In this document: positions 1 to 5,769 of the stretch, in pieces
How the letters are laid out: every line of letters begins with the position of its first letter
Numbering within the stretch: the first letter of the stretch is position 1
IMG/VR virus record: IMGVR_UViG_3300023267_000002
Coordinates: 1-50,828 of that record
Source of the DNA: a virus
Lineage: Duplodnaviria; Caudoviricetes
DNA length: 50,828 nucleotides
Strand: one strand, 5' to 3'
Translations under genes and position numbers: made by a program
Notes under the pieces: generated by a model
Seen by the model: the letters and a program-made list of their open reading frames with translations, nothing else
Databases searched by the model: none
Told to the model about the DNA's origin: nothing

Positions 1-7
1 TGTTCCG

Positions 8-631
8 ATGACGCCGTTCATCCTCTGCGTCGATCCTGGCTTCAGTACGAGCGGGTGGGCGATCCTTCGCCTGACGCCGGTCAGCGAGCACCTGCACAGC
101 GTGGGCATCATCTCGACGCCCAAGAACAAGCGCGATGCGGACACGGCGAACGAGGAGATGGCGCGCACGCGCACGCTCTTCGACGCCTACCGCACGCTGC
201 TGCGCCCGCCGCGCGCCGTACCCGATGGGCGCTTCTTCGCCGTCGTGTGCGAGGAATTCTCGATGGGAGCTGGGCACGGCGGAGCGATGACGGCGCGCAA
301 GATGGGCTTCGGGCACGGAGCTCTGATCCTCGCTGCGCATGTGTGCGGGCTGCCGCTCTTGCATGTCTCGCCCTCGGGCGCGCGCAAGCACCTGGGCGTG
401 AGCCAGACGATCGTGCGTGGCGCGTCCGAGGCCGAGAAGAAGGCGAAGAAGACCGCGGGCAAGCTGGCCGCGCGCGAGGCCGTCCAGAAACGGTTCCCGA
501 CCGTGCTGGGCATGACGTACGGGCTCAGGGCGAGCGCGCTGGAGCATCCCTACGATGCGATCGCAGCGGGCATCGCCTGCATCGCCGACAGCGACGTGAT
601 CCGGATGGCGCGGCTGCACGCCGCAGGATGA
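8..631 (+). CDS. ruvC: RuvC-like Holliday junction resolvase
   Basis: N-terminal ILCVDPGFSTSGWAIL, central VVCEE and C-terminal YDAIAAG match the RuvC acidic catalytic pattern. Confidence 0.85.
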   Translation: MTPFILCVDPGFSTSGWAILRLTPVSEHLHSVGIISTPKNKRDADTANEEMARTRTLFDAYRTLLRPPRAVPDGRFFAVVCEEFSMGAGHGGAMTARKMGFGHGALILAAHVCGLPLLHVSPSGARKHLGVSQTIVRGASEAEKKAKKTAGKLAAREAVQKRFPTVLGMTYGLRASALEHPYDAIAAGIACIADSDVIRMARLHAAG

Positions 632-644
632 AAGGGCAACGCCC

Positions 645-953
645 ATGAAGGTCTCCGACGAAGGGGTGCGCGCGCTGCGGTGGATGGCGACGCACAGCAC
701 CGCGCGCATGTGGGCGCACGGCAAGGAGCACCCGCAGCCGTTCCCCGGCGGCTTTCGGCGCGCCACGCTGGACGCCCTGCGCCGGCGCCGCCTCGCGGTG
801 TGCTTGCAGGACCGGCCGCTGGTGCTGCCCGAGATCACCGAGGCGCGGTGCGACATCTTCGCGCCGACGTCGGCGGGGCTCGCGTGGATCGCCGAGCACG
901 GCGCCCAGCACCTGCGCAGGCAGGCGCGCGCGTGGTTCACGAGGGCAGCATGA
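645..953 (+). CDS. hypothetical protein
   Basis: 102-aa ORF after ruvC; ATGA overlap with the next gene. Confidence 0.55.
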   Translation: MKVSDEGVRALRWMATHSTARMWAHGKEHPQPFPGGFRRATLDALRRRRLAVCLQDRPLVLPEITEARCDIFAPTSAGLAWIAEHGAQHLRRQARAWFTRAA

Positions 954-1462
954 ACGCCGCGATGCACTTCTTCTGGGCGCTCTTTCTCGGCTGGGCCGGC
1001 TACCGCGGCGTGCGGTCTGCGCTGCGCTCCTGGAAGCACGACGAGGCCATGCGCGCGGACGCCGCGGATCTGATCGAGAAGTACCCGAACGCGACCACGG
1101 GGCGCGGCTATGTGCCATGGGGGCCGAGCCTCGCTGGCAGCATCGTGGCGGCCGTGTTCGAGGCGATGCTCGCGCTGGTGATGGCGGCGGTCGTGTCGCT
1201 GCACGTCTATCAGCTCTTCGAGCCGGATGCGGATCCGCTGGCCGTCATGCCGCCGCACGTGGTGCTGGTCATCCTTGTCGTCGCCAGCGTGCCCATCATG
1301 GCCATGGTGATCTCGACGAGCTGGAAGCTATGGCGCGGTCACCCGCGCTTCCCGCGCGAGCCGATGCCCTGGGCCATCCTGCTGCTGCTGCTGGTGCTCA
1401 ACGCGTGCTTGGTGCTGACGGTGGCGTTCGCCACGTACGCGCTGATCGTGAGCTTGCGCTAG
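950..1462 (+). CDS. hypothetical multi-pass membrane protein
   Basis: Start MNAAMHFFWALF at the ATGA overlap; about 4 hydrophobic segments. Confidence 0.65.
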   Translation: MNAAMHFFWALFLGWAGYRGVRSALRSWKHDEAMRADAADLIEKYPNATTGRGYVPWGPSLAGSIVAAVFEAMLALVMAAVVSLHVYQLFEPDADPLAVMPPHVVLVILVVASVPIMAMVISTSWKLWRGHPRFPREPMPWAILLLLLVLNACLVLTVAFATYALIVSLR

Positions 1463-1689
1463 TCGTCGTGGCCGATGCCCATCGACAGCAGGCCCACGAT
1501 CATCGCCGCGGCCATGGGAGACATCGCGCGGCGCCGCGGCGCGGCTTCGGCGCGTCGACGCTCCTCGGTCTCTCGCGTGTACTGCGTCGTGAAGCCCTCG
1601 GAGCGCGCCTTCATCTGGATGCGCTCGCAGGGCTCCAGCTGGCGCACGCATGCAGGGCCGCAGGGACGCCGCGGGGGCTCGTTGATCAC
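1459..1689 (-). CDS. hypothetical protein with C-terminal hydrophobic segment
   Basis: GTG start overlaps the upstream TGA; ends MAAAMIVGLLSMGIGHDD. Confidence 0.45.
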   Translation of the reverse strand: MINEPPRRPCGPACVRQLEPCERIQMKARSEGFTTQYTRETEERRRAEAAPRRRAMSPMAAAMIVGLLSMGIGHDD

Positions 1690-1862
1690 GACGCGCGCTC
1701 CAGCTCGCTCACGCGCGTGACGGCGGCGATCCAAGCCTGCTGGATGGCCGGGGGCAGCTCGGCCCACTTGGGCATCTCCTTGCCCTGGTAGTTCTTGTTG
1801 TCGGTGCTCAGGCCGTAGGCGGCGTATGCTTCTCGGGCGAGGAAAACTTCGCGGGGCTCCAT
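1686..1862 (-). CDS. small hypothetical phage protein
   Basis: MEPREVFLAREAYAAY...MPKWAELPPAIQQAWIAA; GC-biased codon usage. Confidence 0.65.
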   Translation of the reverse strand: MEPREVFLAREAYAAYGLSTDNKNYQGKEMPKWAELPPAIQQAWIAAVTRVSELERAS

Positions 1863-2190
1863 GGACGGTGACGGTAACACGACCGCGGCTCTCGACGACG
1901 ACGCGGACAGCTGGTGGGCGAAGGCAGAAGCGGATGCGCGCGCGCGCCAGCAATCCCTGACGCGGGTGCTCGCCGGCGGTGAGCGACCGCTGGTGATGCG
2001 CGGGGGCTACGAGGGCGACCTGGTGCTGCTCGTGCACCGCGACATGCACGCGAACCACCGCGGGGGCTGGCGCGTCACGCGTTTCGAGGGCGAGGAGCCG
2101 ACGGGGCACACGCAACACGGAACCTTCACGGACGCGGTGCGCATGTGCCTCGACTGGAGAGGTCGGCTCGACGAGGCACGCGAGCCGTGA
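1861..2190 (+). CDS. hypothetical protein
   Basis: 109-aa ORF with protein-like composition; GTGA coupling to the next gene; start uncertain. Confidence 0.55.
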   Translation: MDGDGNTTAALDDDADSWWAKAEADARARQQSLTRVLAGGERPLVMRGGYEGDLVLLVHRDMHANHRGGWRVTRFEGEEPTGHTQHGTFTDAVRMCLDWRGRLDEAREP

Positions 2191-2747
2191 GCTGGTGGAG
2201 CGCGCTGTCCCCTGCCCAGCAGCTCGGCGCGGCCGCCGACTTCGGCGTACTGCTCCTGGTGCTCGCGCACTTCGTCCTGCTCTTCTTCGACCGCTGGCGG
2301 CGATGGGGCGCGGACGACGAGCACGCGAAGAAGCTCGGTGGCCTCGAGGCCGCGGTGCTTCGACAGACGAAGCAGATCGAATTCTGGACGAACGAGACGG
2401 TGAAGGAGCAGCGCACGCGCAGCACGTCTCGCCGCCCGCGCGCGCAGCACGAGCCCACGCTCGACCTGGCCAATCCCACGGCGGACCTGCGGCAGGACCC
2501 GGGCACGTTCGAGATGCCGCCAGACCCCACGCGCCCGGACACGGCGGTGATGAGCGGCGCGACCATCCGCGCGGCGATGGATCTGCTGCACGCGGACCAG
2601 GCGCGCCAGCAGGCCGCGGGGATCTCGCCGGCGCCGGCGCTGGTGGGCATCGACGACGAGCTGGGCGTGCTGGTCGAGGCCTCGGGCCCGCTCGACGGCG
2701 AGGCACCCGACCTGCCCGAGCTGGCAGGACAAACACGCCGGCCGTAG
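2187..2747 (+). CDS. hypothetical protein with N-terminal transmembrane helix
   Basis: GTG start coupled to the upstream stop; GVLLLVLAHFVLLFF segment. Confidence 0.6.
   Translation: MSWWSALSPAQQLGAAADFGVLLLVLAHFVLLFFDRWRRWGADDEHAKKLGGLEAAVLRQTKQIEFWTNETVKEQRTRSTSRRPRAQHEPTLDLANPTADLRQDPGTFEMPPDPTRPDTAVMSGATIRAAMDLLHADQARQQAAGISPAPALVGIDDELGVLVEASGPLDGEAPDLPELAGQTRRP
2725..2742 (+). repeat. left arm of an 18-bp inverted repeat containing CAGGACAAACAC
   Basis: CAGGACAAACACGCCGGC matches the reverse complement of 3206-3223 (CAGGACAAACACGCCAGC) at 17/18. Confidence 0.8.
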
Positions 2748-2858
2748 TGGGCGCGCGCCCCCGAGAAGGGCCGACTCGAACGGCATTGAGGCCCACGTGC
2801 CCGAAGGCCGCGCAGCTCGGTCTACCAGCTGACCCACGCTCCTCGGGGGACGCGCGCC
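2748..2858 (-). ncRNA. anticodon-less tRNA-like RNA with extended acceptor stem
   Basis: Minus strand has D-arm TG-GGTC-AGCTGGTA-GACC and T-arm GCCG-TTCGAGT-CGGC, a UUCG-capped hairpin between them, and a ~19-bp closing stem ending in CCA. Confidence 0.6.
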
Positions 2859-2880
2859 GGCGACGGTAGCAAGAAAGGGC

Positions 2881-2916
2881 GACGCCCGCGCGGCTCTTGT
2901 TGGCGGCGCGGGCGTC
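2881..2916. other. GC-rich hairpin (possible terminator or processing stem)
   Basis: GACGCCCGCG...CGCGGGCGTC, a perfect 10-bp inverted repeat. Confidence 0.45.
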
Positions 2917-2924
2917 TGCGTAGT

Positions 2925-2967
2925 TGGTGGGGCCGTCTCCGCGGTCGGTGACCGGGCATCGGGCCCC
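2925..2967 (-). ncRNA. putative ACCA-terminated minihelix
   Basis: GGGGCC...GGCCCC-ACCA with inner stem CGGTC/GACCG; starts after a 1-nt gap following the tRNA-Tyr CCA. Confidence 0.35.
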
Positions 2968-2968
2968 G

Positions 2969-3052
2969 TGGTGGAGCGGCCTGGAATCGAACCAGGAGAG
3001 CCCGAAGGCGACGCGTTTACAGCGCGCCCGAGGTCCCAGCCTCCTCCGCTCC
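2969..3052 (-). tRNA. trnY: tRNA-Tyr(GUA), class II, atypical D region
   Basis: Acceptor GGAGCGG/CCGCTCC-A-CCA; anticodon loop CT-GTA-AA; V-arm GCC-TTCG-GGC; T-arm CCTGG-TTCGATT-CCAGG. Confidence 0.9.
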
Positions 3053-3053
3053 T

Positions 3054-3198
3054 TGATGCGCCGCCCGAGTGAACAGGACGTGGTTTCCTTTTCCAATAAA
3101 GGTGCCGGACCGCCCGGCGTCAGAGCCCGCGGTTGCGGGTTCCGCGGAGTCGAACCGCGTTGCTTGTAGGTCCTGATCGGATAGGCAGCGCAGCGTCA
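3054..3198 (-). ncRNA. circularly permuted tRNA-like RNA (YrlA/Y-RNA-like or permuted tRNA-Pro)
   Basis: 5' and 3' ends pair (TGCGCTGC/GCGGCGCA, CCGA/TCGG, CAGGAC/GTCCTG). Inside, in order: T-arm CGCGG-TTCGACT-CCGCG, loop-closed acceptor GAACCCG..CGGGCTC, D-like arm, and hairpin CCTTT-ATTGGA-AAAGG. Confidence 0.65.
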
Positions 3199-3420
3199 CG
3201 GACGCGCTGGCGTGTTTGTCCTGACAGCGCGCCAGTCGTGGTCACCGGCGTGATAGCGCCCGAGGGTGCAGCGCTGCTCGATGATGCCGCCCTCGCGCTT
3301 CTTGTGGTGCGGTCGCGGCCCGGGCTTGCGCTTGGGCAGCACCAGCACCTTGCGCGTGCACGGGCACGGCTCGCCGCTGCGCTTCATACGCTCGGTGACG
3401 AGATCGATCACGACGCCCAT
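3196..3420 (-). CDS. small Cys/His-rich hypothetical protein
   Basis: MGVVIDLVTERM...CPC...RCTLGRYHAGDH. Confidence 0.55.
   Translation of the reverse strand: MGVVIDLVTERMKRSGEPCPCTRKVLVLPKRKPGPRPHHKKREGGIIEQRCTLGRYHAGDHDWRAVRTNTPARP
3206..3223 (-). repeat. right arm of the 18-bp inverted repeat containing CAGGACAAACAC
   Basis: Perfect GTGTTTGTCCTG at 3212-3223. Confidence 0.8.
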
Positions 3421-3430
3421 GGCTTCGATG

Positions 3431-3652
3431 CTACCGCTTCCGCAGGCCCGTACCATCGCAGTGCGTGCACATGTCGCCCGGGTCGATCCAGGTCACGTCG
3501 TAGCCGCGCGTAGCGTGCTGGTGCTCCTTGTGGCCGCGCGGCTTGCCGCAGAAGGCGTTCATGTCCGGGTGCCGCACGTTGCACAGCCCGGGGTTGGCTG
3601 GGCAGTCGGGCTTGTGCGGCAGCCGCTCGCACACGCAGATGCCGCCGGTCAT
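3431..3652 (-). CDS. small Cys-rich (zinc-finger-like) protein
   Basis: CxC..H..C, C..C..GH..H and CTHCDGTG motifs; ATGA coupling. Confidence 0.6.
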   Translation of the reverse strand: MTGGICVCERLPHKPDCPANPGLCNVRHPDMNAFCGKPRGHKEHQHATRGYDVTWIDPGDMCTHCDGTGLRKR

Positions 3653-4125
3653 GGCTTCTCGAAGCCCATCGCCGCGTCGTCGATGCCGACCAGCATGATC
3701 ACGGCCGAGTCGTCGGCCGGGTCGAAGCTCGCGGTGATGTCGCCGGGCTCGATGCTGCCGCCGCCGATGCGGTCGGTGATGGCCTTCATCAGCCGCTGCG
3801 CTTCGTTCACCATGCGGTACGGAGGGCAGGTGATGGCCACGTGCGGCATGTCCAGCGCATCGCCATCGGCGATGGCCTCCTTCTTCGTCACGCCGTCGCC
3901 GCTGTCGGTGGTGTTGAAGCCCAGCGTGCGCAGCCAGCGCACCATCTCGCGGATGCCCGGGTCGAGGTCGTCGTAGTTCGGCTGGTCGTTCAGGTGGCCC
4001 ATGGTGTTTGTCCTGCGCAGGCGAGGGTCATCGGGATGTCGAATGCCCGGGCAGCCATCGCGGCCGTCGCTCCCGAGCGCTTGCTGCATGCGGATGACGC
4101 GGATCAGGCTGTCGAGGTCCAGCAT
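3649..4125 (-). CDS. hypothetical phage protein (alternative start at 4002, MGHLNDQ)
   Basis: DLDPGIREMVRWLRTLGFNTTDSGDG motif; TGATG coupling at 4125 or an AGGA RBS before 4002. Confidence 0.65.
   Translation of the reverse strand: MLDLDSLIRVIRMQQALGSDGRDGCPGIRHPDDPRLRRTNTMGHLNDQPNYDDLDPGIREMVRWLRTLGFNTTDSGDGVTKKEAIADGDALDMPHVAITCPPYRMVNEAQRLMKAITDRIGGGSIEPGDITASFDPADDSAVIMLVGIDDAAMGFEKP
4004..4015 (-). promoter_or_regulatory. CAGGACAAACAC motif (perfect)
   Basis: GTGTTTGTCCTG on the plus strand, just upstream of ATG 4002. Confidence 0.6.
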
Positions 4126-4751
4126 CAGCGCGGGTCGTTTCGGTGCGGGTCGTTCACGCGCTCGCCGCGCACGTGCCATGCCTCGTCCAGCTCGTGCAGC
4201 AACATCGCCTGCACGGTGCGGTAGACGGTGCCGTGCACCATGGGCCGCTCCGGCGGCGGGCCATCGTCGAACACCTCGAAGCGGCACGGGATCACGACCA
4301 TCGTGCGCGCGCGCGTGTCGCGGTCGAGCACGGAGCATTGGAACTTGAGGTCCACCGTCCAGCGGCCATGGCCCGAGCGCCTGCGCTCCACGGTCGCGAT
4401 GACGGGGATCGGGAAGTTGCGCAGCTCGATCTCCGCCAGCAGCTTCTCGATGTCGCCCTCCGGCGGATGGTCATGCAGGCGCGCCACGCACTCGCCCAGC
4501 AAGGTCATCTGCGCGTCGTGGACCGTGCAGGTATCGAGCGTGTGCATGCGCGGAAAGCAGGACGATGCCGTGCGCGACGCCCAGTGTGCCGCGTGCAGCA
4601 TGTCCGCGCTGGGCTGGTTGAGCAGATCGAAGAAGTCGCGCGCCATGCTGGCGTCGAGGTTCTTCGTCATGCGCTCCAACATCAGCTTGCGGATGTCAGG
4701 CACGCCGCCGTCGATCTCGATGGTGTAGTTCATCTTCCGAGTGATGCTCAT
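4125..4751 (-). CDS. hypothetical protein
   Basis: Starts MSITRKMNY at an ATGA overlap; ends LLHELDEAWHVRGERVNDPH. Confidence 0.7.
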   Translation of the reverse strand: MSITRKMNYTIEIDGGVPDIRKLMLERMTKNLDASMARDFFDLLNQPSADMLHAAHWASRTASSCFPRMHTLDTCTVHDAQMTLLGECVARLHDHPPEGDIEKLLAEIELRNFPIPVIATVERRRSGHGRWTVDLKFQCSVLDRDTRARTMVVIPCRFEVFDDGPPPERPMVHGTVYRTVQAMLLHELDEAWHVRGERVNDPHRNDPR

Positions 4752-5581
4752 GCCGGGCTCCTCCGAAGGGTCACGAGGTCGTTGACGCGGTTCACCGCCT
4801 GGCCGTGCGCGCGGAAGGCGACGATGCTCTTGCGGTTGGCCTTGGTACATAGCAGGCAGCGCGCGCAGGTCAGCGCGTGCGTCTGCGCCGGGCACACGAC
4901 GATGGTGCGGCCCGCCGGCGTCGTGCTGGCGCGTGCAGGCGTGTCCGAGGGCACGACGACGGACACGGGCCCGATGGCGTGCTCGGCGAGCCGGTCAGCA
5001 TCTTCGACGTTCTTGGCGCTCAGGTTCACGGTGAAGCCCTGGGCGTTCGCGCGTGCGATGGCGTCTCGCTCGGCCTGCGTGCGCAGGGGCTTCGAGGTGA
5101 AGGTGAAGCCGCCGCGGCCGCGGTTCGCCTCGACGAGCTGATCGAGCTTGTGCACGTCGAGCTTGTCGCGATGCCCGGGCAGGTCGCCGGCCTCGTTGTG
5201 GCGCCACACCTGGCCCGGGCTCAGCGCACGCACGCGCGCCAAGAAGTCGCGCCAGGAAAGGCCGGCCGCGTCCGCGTGCGACCAGTGCGTCGCCAGCATG
5301 TGAAACTCCGCGTAGCAGCCGGCACCGTAGAACAAACACGACCGCGGGCACGTGATGGCGCTGGTCACGCTCGCGGGCATCTTGCCGAGCTTCTTGTTGC
5401 CGCTCCGTGGCGCCCACAGCACGCGGAGCTCCACGCTGGCCACGAGCGCGAGCGGCCGGCCTTTCGGCGTGTACGTGTAGCCGCTCTTGCGCTTGCGGCA
5501 GTCGGAGCACTGCGAACGAGGCAAGTCGCTTACGAACTCGCTCATGGGCAGGTCGCGGTAGCACTGCGGGCAGCGCTTCAT
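4748..5581 (-). CDS. Cys-rich phage protein (gp88-like) with N-terminal zinc finger
   Basis: Motifs GNKKLG, TCPRSCLFYGAGCYA, WRHNEAGDL, VCPAQ..TCARCLLC and FRAHG. Confidence 0.7.
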   Translation of the reverse strand: MKRCPQCYRDLPMSEFVSDLPRSQCSDCRKRKSGYTYTPKGRPLALVASVELRVLWAPRSGNKKLGKMPASVTSAITCPRSCLFYGAGCYAEFHMLATHWSHADAAGLSWRDFLARVRALSPGQVWRHNEAGDLPGHRDKLDVHKLDQLVEANRGRGGFTFTSKPLRTQAERDAIARANAQGFTVNLSAKNVEDADRLAEHAIGPVSVVVPSDTPARASTTPAGRTIVVCPAQTHALTCARCLLCTKANRKSIVAFRAHGQAVNRVNDLVTLRRSPA

Positions 5582-5769
5582 CAGTCCGGCATCTCGACGT
5601 AGGTGGTCGTTCCGCACTTCAGATCGACGCAGACGAATCGCTCGTAGTCGCCGCCGCCGGCGAGCCCGCCGTACTCGTCCTCGCCGGCCTTCGTGGGGCC
5701 GTTGCAGTCCTTGCAGCGAATGCTGGCGCCGGACCAGCATCGGGCCGTCTCTGGTGTCGCGGTGGTCAT
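5581..5769 (-). CDS. small zinc-ribbon protein
   Basis: CKDC...CVDLKC; AAGGAG RBS. Confidence 0.6.
   Translation of the reverse strand: MTTATPETARCWSGASIRCKDCNGPTKAGEDEYGGLAGGGDYERFVCVDLKCGTTTYVEMPD

Noticed and set aside
2881-2968. HDV-like (theta) ribozyme in the tRNA-Tyr 3' trailer
   Set aside because: The position fits, but I could not build the nested double pseudoknot or find the L3 and J4/2 consensus; a motif search would be needed to exclude it fully.
2969-3052. tRNA-Tyr as a prophage attachment site
   Set aside because: No integrase and no duplicated tRNA 3' end in the window; phage-like genes continue on both sides.
2969-3052. Suppressor tRNA or stop-codon recoding
   Set aside because: The anticodon is GTA (Tyr), and genes end normally at TGA, TAG or TAA with tight coupling under the standard code.
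1459-3096. 545-aa minus-strand ORF and other long shadow ORFs (e.g. 32860-35715 +, 45074-47254 +, 12202-14175 +)
   Set aside because: They are Arg/Ala/Pro-rich translations antisense or out of frame to well-supported genes or RNAs, as expected from stop-codon scarcity at high GC.
3054-3198. Two-piece (permuted) tmRNA
   Set aside because: Too short, with no G3:U70 Ala acceptor, no tag reading frame and no CCA after the acceptor 3' strand.
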